Of a DNA stretch of 53,117 nt, positions 36,542 to 48,500 are shown piece by piece; position 1 is the stretch's first letter; each line of letters opens with the position of its first letter. A model generated the notes under the pieces. That model searched no databases. It was not told where the DNA came from and was given only the letters and a program-made list of their open reading frames with translations. Source of the stretch: Lingula anatina (lineage: Eukaryota > Animalia > Brachiopoda). The position numbers and the translations under genes are program-made. The stretch spans positions 20,258,066 through 20,311,182 of the forward strand of contig CM120649.1 in the NCBI GenBank assembly GCA_051362555.1. The letters are read 5' to 3'.

Positions 36542-39500
36542 TCATTTTTGGGTGATTTTGAGTGATTTTCGTAAGGTCCGGATATGGCAGTTTTCTTCAA
36601 TTTTGGCCAGGTAGGGATGAAAAATTTTTTTCTTCAATATTGGGTCAGGTAGGTGTGTTTGGTCATTTGTAGTGAGGATAAAGTACTGGAAGAGTGGTTG
36701 TATCATTATTAAGGAAGAAATAAAGCAAAAACTCTCTCCACCCCCCCCTCTCCAAATCCTGTTCTCAGGTGTGCTTTCTGGCAATCTTTAAAGCTGAAAT
36801 TGGGGGCTTTAATGAAGTGATCCGGGCGCGTTTCCACATTTTTTATGAATGTCAGGTGTGGTAAATTGATTTTCATCACTTTTTGGAAAAATTTTTGACG
36901 GGTCATTTTTGGGTGATTTTGAGTGATTTTCGTAAGGTCCGGATATGGCAGTTTTCTTCAATTTTGGCCAGGTAGGGATGAAAAATTTTTTTCTTCAATA
37001 TTGGGTCAGGTAGGTGTGTTTGGTCATTTGTAGTGAGGATAAAGTACTGGAAGAGTGGTTGTATCATTATTAAGGAAGAAATAAAGCAAAAACTCTCTCC
37101 ACCCCCCCCTCTCCAAATCCTGTTCTCAGGTGTGCTTTCTGGCAATCTTTAAAGCTGAAATTGGGGGCTTTAATGAAGTGATCCGGGCGCGTTTCCACAT
37201 TTTTTATGAATGTCAAGTGTGGTAAATTGATTTTCATCACTTTTTGGAAAAATTTTTGACGGGTCATTTTTGGGTGATTTTGAGTGATTTTCGTAAGGTC
37301 CGGATATGGCAGTTTTCTTCAATTTTGGCCAGGTAGGGATGAAAAATTTTTTTCTTCAATATTGGGTCAGGTAGGTGTGTTTGGTCATTTGTAGTGAGGA
37401 TAAAGTACTGGAAGAGTGGTTGTATCATTATTAAGGAAGAAATAAAGCAAAAACTCTCTCCACCCCCCCCTCTCCAAATCCTGTTCTCAGGTGTGCTTTC
37501 TGGCAATCTTTAAAGCTGAAATTGGGGGCTTTAATGAAGTGATCCGGGCGCGTTTCCACATTTTTTATGAATGTCAGGTGTGGTAAATTGATTTTCATCA
37601 CTTTTTGGAAAAATTTTTGACGGGTCATTTTTGGGTGATTTTGAGTGATTTTTGTAAGGTCCGGATATGGTAGTTTTCTTCAATTTTGGCCAGGTAGGGA
37701 TGAAAAATTTTTTTCTTCAATATTGGGTCAGGTAGGTGTGTTTGGTCATTTGTAGTGAGGATAAAGTACTGGAAGAGTGGTTGTATCATTATTAAGGAAG
37801 AAATAAAGCAAAAACTCTCTCCACCCCCCCCTCTCCAAATCCTGTTCTCAGGTGTGCTTTCTGGCAATCTTTAAAGCTGAAATTGGGGGCTTTAATGAAG
37901 TGATCCGGGCGCGTTTCCACATTTTTTATGAATGTCAGGTGTGGTAAATTGATTTTCATCACTTTTTGGAAAAAGTTTTGACGGGTCATTTTTGGGTGAT
38001 TTTGAGTGATTTTCGTAAGGTCCGGATATGGCAGTTTTCTTCAATTTTGGCCAGGTAGGGATGAAAAATTTTTTTCTTCAATATTGGGTCAGGTAGGTGT
38101 GTTTGGTCATTTGTAGTGAGGATAAAGTACTGGAAGAGTGGTTGTATCATTATTAAGGAAGAAATAAAGCAAAAACTCTCTCCACCCCCCCCCTCTCCAA
38201 ATCCTGTTCTCAGGTGTGCTTTCTGGCAATCTTTAAAGCTGAAATTGGGGGCTTTAATGAAGTGATCCGGGCGCGTTTCCACATTTTTTATGAATGTCAG
38301 GTGTGGTAAATTGATTTTCATCACTTTTTGGAAAAATTTTTGACGGGTCATTTTTGGGTGATTTTGAGTGATTTTCGTAAGGTCCGGATATGGCAGTTTT
38401 CTTCAATTTTGGCCAGGTAGGGATGAAAAATTTTTTTCTTCAATATTGGGTCAGGTAGGTGTGTTTGGTCATTTGTAGTGAGGATAAAGTACTGGAAGAG
38501 TGGTTGTATCATTATTAAGAAAGAAATAAAGCAAAAACTCTCTCCACCCCCCCCCTCTCCAAATCCTGTTCTCAGGTGTGCTTTCTGGCAATCTTTAAAG
38601 CTGAAATTGGGGGCTTTAATGAAGTGATCCGGGCGCGTTTCCACATTTTTTATGAATGTCAGGTGTGGTAAATTGATTTTCATCACTTTTTGGAAAAATT
38701 TTTGACGGGTCATTTTTGGGTGATTTTGAGTGATTTTCGTAAGGTCCGGATATGGCAGTTTTCTTCAATTTTGGCCAGGTAGGGATGAAAAATTTTTTTC
38801 TTCAATATTGGGTCAGGTAGGTGTGTTTGGTCATTTGTAGTGAGGATAAAGTACTGGAAGAGTGGTTGTATCATTATTAAGGAAGAAATAAAGCAAAAAC
38901 TCTCTCCACCCCCCCCTCTCCAAATCCTGTTCTCAGGTGTGCTTTCTGGCAATCTTTAAAGCTGAAATTGGGGGCTTTAATGAAGTGATCCGGGCGCGTT
39001 TCCACATTTTTTATGAATGTCAGGTGTGGTAAATTGATTTTCATCACTTTTTGGAAAAATTTTTGACGGGTCATTTTTGGGTGATTTTGAGTGATTTTCG
39101 TAAGGTCCGGATATGGCAGTTTTCTTCAATTTTGGCCAGGTAGGGATGAAAAATTTTTTTCTTCAATATTGGGTCAGGTAGGTGTGTTTGGTCATTTGTA
39201 GTGAGGATAAAGTACTGGAAGAGTGGTTGTATCATTATTAAGGAAGAAATAAAGCAAAAACTCTCTCCACCCCCCCCTCTCCAAATCCTGTTCTCAGGTG
39301 TGCTTTCTGGCAATCTTTAAAGCTGAAATTGGGGGCTTTAATGAAGTGATCCGGGCGCGTTTCCACATTTTTTATGAATGTCAGGTGTGGTAAATTGATT
39401 TTCATCACTTTTTGGAAAAATTTTTGACGGGTCATTTTTGGGTGATTTTGAGTGATTTTCGTAAGGTCCGGATATGGCAGTTTTCTTCAATTTTGGCCAG

Positions 39501-42500
39501 GTAGGGATGAAAAATTTTTTTCTTCAATATTGGGTCAGGTAGGTGTGTTTGGTCATTTGTAGTGAGAATAAAGTACTGGAAGAGTGGTTGTATCATTATT
39601 AAGGAAGAAATAAAGCAAAAACTCTCTCCACCCCCCCCCTCTCCAAATCCTGTTCTCAGGTGTGCTTTCTGGCAATCTTTAAAGCTGAAATTGGGGGCTT
39701 TAATGAAGTGATCCGGGCGCGTTTCCACATTTTTTATGAATGTCAGGTGTGGTAAATTGATTTTCATCACTTTTTGGAAAAATTTTTGACGGGTCATTTT
39801 TGGGTGATTTTGAGTGATTTTCGTAAGGTCCGGATATGGCAGTTTTCTTCAATTTTGGCCAGGTAGGGATGAAAAATTTTTTTCTTCAATATTGGGTCAG
39901 GTAGGTGTGTTTGGTCATTTGTAGTGAGGATAAAGTACTGGAAGAGTGGTTGTATCATTATTAAGGAAGAAATAAAGCAAAAACTCTCTCCACCCCCCCC
40001 TCTCCAAATCCTGTTCTCAGGTGTGCTTTCTGGCAATCTTTAAAGCTGAAATTGGGGGCTTTAATGAAGTGATCCGGGCGCGTTTCCACATTTTTTATGA
40101 ATGTCAGGTGTGGTAAATTGATTTTCATCACTTTTTGGAAAAATTTTTGACGGGTCATTTTTGGGTGATTTTGAGTGATTTTCGTAAGGTCCGGATATGG
40201 CAGTTTTCTTCAATTTTGGCCAGGTAGGGATGAAAAATTTTTTTCTCAATATTGGGTCAGGTAGGTGTGTTTGGTCATTTGTAGTGAGGATAAAGTACTG
40301 GAAGAGTGGTTGTATCATTATTAAGGAAGAAATAAAGCAAAAACTCTCTCCACCCCCCCCTCTCCAAATCCTGTTCTCAGGTGTGCTTTCTGGCAATCTT
40401 TAAAGCTGAAATTGGGGGCTTTAATGAAGTGATCCGGGCGCGTTTCCACATTTTTTATGAATGTCAGGTGTGGTAAATTGATTTTCATCACTTTTGGAAA
40501 AATTTTTGACGGGTCATTTTTGGGTGATTTTGAGTGATTTTCGTAAGGTCCGGATATGGCAGTTTTTCTTCAATTTTGGCCAGGTAGGGATGAAAAATTT
40601 TTTTCTTCAATATTGGGTCAGGTAGGTGTGTTTGGTCATTTGTAGTGAGGATAAAGTACTGGAAGAGTGGTTGTATCATTATTAAGGAAGAAATAAAGCA
40701 AAAACTCTCTCCACCCCCCCTCTCCAAATCCTGTTCTCAGGTGTGCTTTCTGGCAATCTTTAAAGCTGAAATTGGGGGCTTTAATGAAGTGATCCGGGCG
40801 CGTTTCCACATTTTTTATGAATGTCAGGTGTGGTAAATTGATTTTTCATCACTTTTTGGAAAAATTTTTGACGGGTCATTTTTGGGTGATTTTGAGTGAT
40901 TTTCGTAAGGTCCGGATATGGCAGTTTTCTTCAATTTTGGCCAGGTAGGGATGAAAAATTTTTTTCTTCAATATTGGGTCAGGTAGGTGTGTTTGGTCAT
41001 TTGTAGTGAGGATAAAGTACTGAAGAGTGGTTGTATCATTATTAAGGAAGAAATAAAGCAAAAACTCTCTCCACCCCCCCCTCTCCAAATCCTGTTCTCA
41101 GGTGTGCTTTCTGGCAATCTTTAAAGCTGAAATTGGGGGCTTTAATGAAGTGATCCGGGCGCGTTTCCCACATTTTTTATGAATGTCAGGTGTGGTAAAT
41201 TGATTTCATCACTTTTTGGAAAAATTTTTGACGGGTCATTTTTGGGTGATTTTGAGTGATTTTCGTAAGGTCCGGATATATGGCAGTTTTCTTCAATTTT
41301 GGCCAGGTAGGGATGAAAAATTTTTTTCTTCAATATTGGGTCAGGTAGGTGTGTTTGGTCATTTGTAGTGAGGATAAAGTACTGGAAGAGTGGTTGTATC
41401 ATTATTAAGGAAGAAATAAAGCAAAAACTCTCTCCACCCCCCCCCTCTCCAAATCCTGTTCTCAGGTGTGCTTTCTGGCAATCTTTAAAGCTGAAATTGG
41501 GGGCTTTAATGAAGTGATCCGGGCGCGTTTCCACATTTTTTATGAATGTCAGGTGTGGTAAATTGATTTTCATCACTTTTTGGAAAAATTTTTGACGGGT
41601 CATTTTTGGGTGATTTTGAGTGATTTTCGTAAGGTCCGGATATGGCAGTTTTCTTCAATTTTGGCCAGGTAGGGATGAAAAATTTTTTTCTTCAATATTG
41701 GGTCAGGTAGGTGTGTTTGGTCATTTGTAGTGAGGATAAAGTACTGGAAGAGTGGTTGTATCATTATTAAGGAAGAAATAAAGCAAAAACTCTCTCCACC
41801 CCCCCCCTCTCCAAATCCTGTTCTCAGGTGTGCTTTCTGGCAATCTTTAAAGCTGAAATTGGGGGCTTTAATGAAGTGATCCGGGCGCGTTTCCACATTT
41901 TTTATGAATGTCAGGTGTGGTAAATTGATTTTCATCACTTTTTGGAAAAATTTTTGACGGGTCATTTTTGGGTGATTTTGAGTGATTTTCGTAAGGTCCG
42001 GATATGGCAGTTTTCTTCAATTTTGGCCAGGTAGGGATGAAAAATTTTTTTCTTCAATATTGGGTCAGGTAGGTGTGTTTGGTCATTTGTAGTGAGGATA
42101 AAGTACTGGAAGAGTGGTTGTATCATTATTAAGGAAGAAATAAAGCAAAAACTCTCTCCACCCCCCCCTCTCCAAATCCTGTTCTCAGGTGTGCTTTCTG
42201 GCAATCTTTAAAGCTGAAATTGGGGGCTTTAATGAAGTGATCCGGGCGCGTTTCCACATTTTTTATGAATGTCAGGTGTGGTAAATTGATTTTCATCACT
42301 TTTTGGAAAAATTTTTGACGGGTCATTTTTGGGTGATTTTGAGTGATTTTCGTAAGGTCCGGATATGGCAGTTTTCTTCAATTTTGGCCAGGTAGGGATG
42401 AAAAATTTTTTTCTTCAATATTGGGTCAGGTAGGTGTGTTTGGTCATTTGTAGTGAGGATAAAGTACTGGAAGAGTGGTTGTATCATTATTAAGGAAGAA

Positions 42501-45500
42501 ATAAAGCAAAAACTCTCTCCACCCCCCCCCTCTCCAAATCCTGTTCTCAGGTGTGCTTTCTGGCAATCTTTAAAGCTGAAATTGGGGGCTTTAATGAAGT
42601 GATCCGGGCGCGTTTCCACATTTTTTATGAATGTCAGGTGTGGTAAATTGATTTTCATCACTTTTTGGAAAAATTTTTGACGGGTCATTTTTGGGTGATT
42701 TTGAGTGATTTTCGTAAGGTCCGGATATGGCAGTTTTCTTCAATTTTGGCCAGGTAGGGATGAAAAATTTTTTTCTTCAATATTGGGTCAGGTAGGTGTG
42801 TTTGGTCATTTGTAGTGAGGATAAAGTACTGGAAGAGTGGTTGTATCATTATTAAGGAAGAAATAAAGCAAAAACTCTCTCCACCCCCCCCTCTCCAAAT
42901 CCTGTTCTCAGGTGTGCTTTCTGGCAATCTTTAAAGCTGAAATTGGGGGCTTTAATGAAGTGATCCGGGCGCGTTTCCACATTTTTTATGAATGTCAGGT
43001 GTGGTAAATTGATTTTCATCACTTTTTGGAAAAATTTTTGACGGGTCATTTTTGGGTGATTTTGAGTGATTTTCGTAAGGTCCGGATATGGCAGTTTTCT
43101 TCAATTTTGGCCAGGTAGGGATGAAAAATTTTTTTCTTCAATATTGGGTCAGGTAGGTGTGTTTGGTCATTTGTAGTGAGGATAAAGTACTGGAAGAGTG
43201 GTTGTATCATTATTAAGGAAGAAATAAAGCAAAAACTCTCTCCACCCCCCCCTCTCCAAATCCTGTTCTCAGGTGTGCTTTCTGGCAATCTTTAAAGCTG
43301 AAATTGGGGGCTTTAATGAAGTGATCCGGGCGCGTTTCCACATTTTTTATGAATGTCAGGTGTGGTAAATTGATTTTCATCACTTTTTGGAAAAATTTTT
43401 GACGGGTCATTTTTGGGTGATTTTGAGTGATTTTCGTAAGGTCCGGATATGGCAGTTTTCTTCAATTTTGGCCAGGTAGGGATGAAAAATTTTTTTCTTC
43501 AATATTGGGTCAGGTAGGTGTGTTTGGTCATTTGTAGTGAGGATAAAGTACTGGAAGAGTGGTTGTATCATTATTAAGGAAGAAATAAAGCAAAAACTCT
43601 CTCCACCCCCCCCCTCTCCAAATCCTGTTCTCAGGTGTGCTTTCTGGCAATCTTTAAAGCTGAAATTGGGGGCTTTAATGAAGTGATCCGGGCGCGTTTC
43701 CACATTTTTTATGAATGTCAGGTGTGGTAAATTGATTTTCATCACTTTTTGGAAAAATTTTTGACGGGTCATTTTTGGGTGATTTTGAGTGATTTTCGTA
43801 AGGTCCGGATATGGCAGTTTTCTTCAATTTTGGCCAGGTAGGGATGAAAAATTTTTTTCTTCAATATTGGGTCAGGTAGGTGTGTTTGGTCATTTGTAGT
43901 GAGGATAAAGTACTGGAAGAGTGGTTGTATCATTATTAAGGAAGAAATAAAGCAAAAACTCTCTCCACCCCCCCCCCTCTCCAAATCCTGTTCTCAGGTG
44001 TGCTTTCTGGCAATCTTTAAAGCTGAAATTGGGGGCTTTAATGAAGTGATCCGGGCGCGTTTCCACATTTTTTATGAATGTCAGGTGTGGTAAATTGATT
44101 TTCATCACTTTTTGGAAAAATTTTTGACGGGTCATTTTTGGGTGATTTTGAGTGATTTTCGTAAGGTCCGGATATGGCAGTTTTCTTCAATTTTGGCCAG
44201 GTAGGGATGAAAAATTTTTTTCTTCAATATTGGGTCAGGTAGGTGTGTTTGGTCATTTGTAGTGAGGATAAAGTACTGGAAGAGTGGTTGTATCATTATT
44301 AAGGAAGAAATAAAGCAAAAACTCTCTCCACCCCCCCCCTCTCCAAATCCTGTTCTCAGGTGTGCTTTCTGGCAATCTTTAAAGCTGAAATTGGGGGCTT
44401 TAATGAAGTGATCCGGGCGCGTTTCCACATTTTTTATGAATGTCAGGTGTGGTAAATTGATTTTCATCACTTTTTGGAAAAATTTTTGACGGGTCATTTT
44501 TGGGTGATTTTGAGTGATTTTCGTAAGGTCCGGATATGGCAGTTTTCTTCAATTTTGGCCAGGTAGGGATGAAAAATTTTTTTCTTCAATATTGGGTCAG
44601 GTAGGTGTGTTTGGTCATTTGTAGTGAGGATAAAGTACTGGAAGAGTGGTTGTATCATTATTAAGGAAGAAATAAAGCAAAAACTCTCTCCACCCCCCCC
44701 CTCTCCAAATCCTGTTCTCAGGTGTGCTTTCTGGCAATCTTTAAAGCTGAAATTGGGGGCTTTAATGAAGTGATCCGGGCGCGTTTCCACATTTTTTATG
44801 AATGTCAGGTGTGGTAAATTGATTTTCATCACTTTTTGGAAAAATTTTTGACGGGTCATTTTTGGGTGATTTTGAGTGATTTTCGTAAGGTCCGGATATG
44901 GCAGTTTTCTTCAATTTTGGCCAGGTAGGGATGAAAAATTTTTTTCTTCAATATTGGGTCAGGTAGGTGTGTTTGGTCATTTGTAGTGAGGATAAAGTAC
45001 TGGAAGAGTGGTTGTATCATTATTAAGGAAGAAATAAAGCAAAAACTCTCTCCACCCCCCCCCTCTCCAAATCCTGTTCTCAGGTGTGCTTTCTGGCAAT
45101 CTTTAAAGCTGAAATTGGGGGCTTTAATGAAGTGATCCGGGCGCGTTTCCACATTTTTTATGAATGTCAGGTGTGGTAAATTGATTTTCATCACTTTTTG
45201 GAAAAATTTTTGACGGGTCATTTTTGGGTGATTTTGAGTGATTTTCGTAAGGTCCGGATATGGCAGTTTTCTTCAATTTTGGCCAGGTAGGGATGAAAAA
45301 TTTTTTTCTTCAATATTGGGTCAGGTAGGTGTGTTTGGTCATTTGTAGTGAGGATAAAGTACTGGAAGAGTGGTTGTATCATTATTAAGGAAGAAATAAA
45401 GCAAAAACTCTCTCCACCCCCCCCCTCTCCAAATCCTGTTCTCAGGTGTGCTTTCTGGCAATCTTTAAAGCTGAAATTGGGGGCTTTAATGAAGTGATCC

Positions 45501-48500
45501 GGGCGCGTTTCCACATTTTTTATGAATGTCAGGTGTGGTAAATTGATTTTCATCACTTTTTGGAAAAATTTTTGACGGGTCATTTTTGGGTGATTTTGAG
45601 TGATTTTCGTAAGGTCCGGATATGGCAGTTTTCTTCAATTTTGGCCAGGTAGGGATGAAAAATTTTTTTCTTCAATATTGGGTCAGGTAGGTGTGTTTGG
45701 TCATTTGTAGTGAGGATAAAGTACTGGAAGAGTGGTTGTATCATTATTAAGGAAGAAATAAAGCAAAAACTCTCTCCACCCCCCCCCTCTCCAAATCCTG
45801 TTCTCAGGTGTGCTTTCTGGCAATCTTTAAAGCTGAAATTGGGGGCTTTAATGAAGTGATCCGGGCGCGTTTCCACATTTTTTATGAATGTCAGGTGTGG
45901 TAAATTGATTTTCATCACTTTTTGGAAAAATTTTTGACGGGTCATTTTTGGGTGATTTTGAGTGATTTTCGTAAGGTCCGGATATGGCAGTTTTCTTCAA
46001 TTTTGGCCAGGTAGGGATGAAAAATTTTTTTCTTCAATATTGGGTCAGGTAGGTGTGTTTGGTCATTTGTAGTGAGGATAAAGTACTGGAAGAGTGGTTG
46101 TATCATTATTAAGGAAGAAATAAAGCAAAAACTCTCTCCACCCCCCCCTCTCCAAATCCTGTTCTCAGGTGTGCTTTCTGGCAATCTTTAAAGCTGAAAT
46201 TGGGGGCTTTAATGAAGTGATCCGGGCGCGTTTCCACATTTTTTATGAATGTCAGGTGTGGTAAATTGATTTTCATCACTTTTTGGAAAAATTTTTGACG
46301 GGTCATTTTTGGGTGATTTTGAGTGATTTTCGTAAGGTCCGGATATGGCAGTTTTCTTCAATTTTGGCCAGGTAGGGATGAAAAATTTTTTTCTTCAATA
46401 TTGGGTCAGGTAGGTGTGTTTGGTCATTTGTAGTGAGGATAAAGTACTGGAAGAGTGGTTGTATCATTATTAAGGAAGAAATAAAGCAAAAACTCTCTCC
46501 ACCCCCCCCTCTCCAAATCCTGTTCTCAGGTGTGCTTTCTGGCAATCTTTAAAGCTGAAATTGGGGGCTTTGATGAAGTGATCCGGGCACGTTTCCACAT
46601 TTTTTATGAATGTCAGGTGTGGTAAATTGATTTTCATCACTTTTTGGAAAAATTTTTGACGGGTCATTTTTGGGTGATTTTGAGTGATTTTCGTAAGGTC
46701 CGGATATGGCAGTTTTCTTCAATTTTGGCCAGGTAGGGATGAAAAATTTTTTTCTTCAATATTGGGTCAGGTAGGTGTGTTTGGTCATTTGTAGTGAGGA
46801 TAAAGTACTGGAAGAGTGGTTGTATCATTATTAAGGAAGAAATAAAGCAAAAACTCTCTCCACCCTCCCCCTCTCCAAATCCTGTTCTCAGGTGTGCTTT
46901 CTGGCAATCTTTAAAGCTAAAATTGGGGGCTTTGATGAAGTGATCCGGGCGCGTTTCCACATTTTTTATGAATGTCAGGTGTGGTAAATTGATTTTCATC
47001 ACTTTTTGGAAAAATTTTTGACGGGTCATTTTTGGGTGATTTTGAGTGATTTTCGTAAGGTCCGGATATGGCAGTTTTCTTCAATTTTGGCCAGGTAGGG
47101 ATGAAAAATTTTTTTCTTCAATATTGGGTCAGGTAGGTGTGTTTGGTCATTTGTAGTGAGGATAAAGTACTGGAAGAGTGGTTGTATCATTATTAAGGAA
47201 GAAATAAAGCAAAAACTCTCTCCACCCCCCCCCTCTCCAAATCCTGTTCTCAGGTGTGCTTTCTGGCAATCTTTAAAGCTGAAATTGGGGGCTTTAATGA
47301 AGTGATCCGGGCGCGTTTCCACATTTTTTATGAATGTCAGGTGTGGTAAATTGATTTTCATCACTTTTTGGAAAAATTTTTGACGGGTCATTTTTGGGTG
47401 ATTTTGAGTGATTTTCGTAAGGTCCGGATATGGCAGTTTTCTTCAATTTTGGCCAGGTAGGGATGAAAAATTTTTTTCTTCAATATTGGGTCAGGTAGGT
47501 GTGTTTGGTCATTTGTAGTGAGGATAAAGTACTGGAAGAGTGGTTGTATCATTATTAAGGAAGAAATAAAGCAAAAACTCTCTCCACCCCCCCCTCTCCA
47601 AATCCTGTTCTCAGGTGTGCTTTCTGGCAATCTTTAAAGCTGAAATTGGGGGCTTTAATGAAGTGATCCGGGCGCGTTTCCACATTTTTTATGAATGTCA
47701 GGTGTGGTAAATTGATTTTCATCACTTTTTGGAAAAATTTTTGACGGGTCATTTTTGGGTGATTTTGAGTGATTTTCGTAAGGTCCGGATATGGCAGTTT
47801 TCTTCAATTTTGGCCAGGTAGGGATGAAAAATTTTTTTCTTCAATATTGGGTCAGGTAGGTGTGTTTGGTCATTTGTAGTGAGGATAAAGTACTGGAAGA
47901 GTGGTTGTATCATTATTAAGGAAGAAATAAAGCAAAAACTCTCTCCACCCCCCCCTCTCCAAATCCTGTTCTCAGGTGTGCTTTCTGGCAATCTTTAAAG
48001 CTGAAATTGGGGGCTTTAATGAAGTGATCCGGGCGCGTTTCCACATTTTTTATGAATGTCAGGTGTGGTAAATTGATTTTCATCACTTTTTGGAAAAATT
48101 TTTGACGGGTCATTTTTGGGTGATTTTGAGTGATTTTCGTAAGGTCCGGATATGGCAGTTTTCTTCAATTTTGGCCAGGTAGGGATGAAAAATTTTTTTC
48201 TTCAATATTGGGTCAGGTAGGTGTGTTTGGTCATTTGTAGTGAGGATAAAGTACTGGAAGAGTGGTTGTATCATTATTAAGGAAGAAATAAAGCAAAAAC
48301 TCTCTCCACCCCCCCCCTCTCCAAATCCTGTTCTCAGGTGTGCTTTCTGGCAATCTTTAAAGCTGAAATTGGGGGCTTTAATGAAGTGATCCGGGCGCGT
48401 TTCCACATTTTTTATGAATGTCAGGTGTGGTAAATTGATTTTCATCACTTTTTGGAAAAATTTTTGACGGGTCATTTTTGGGTGATTTTGAGTGATTTTC

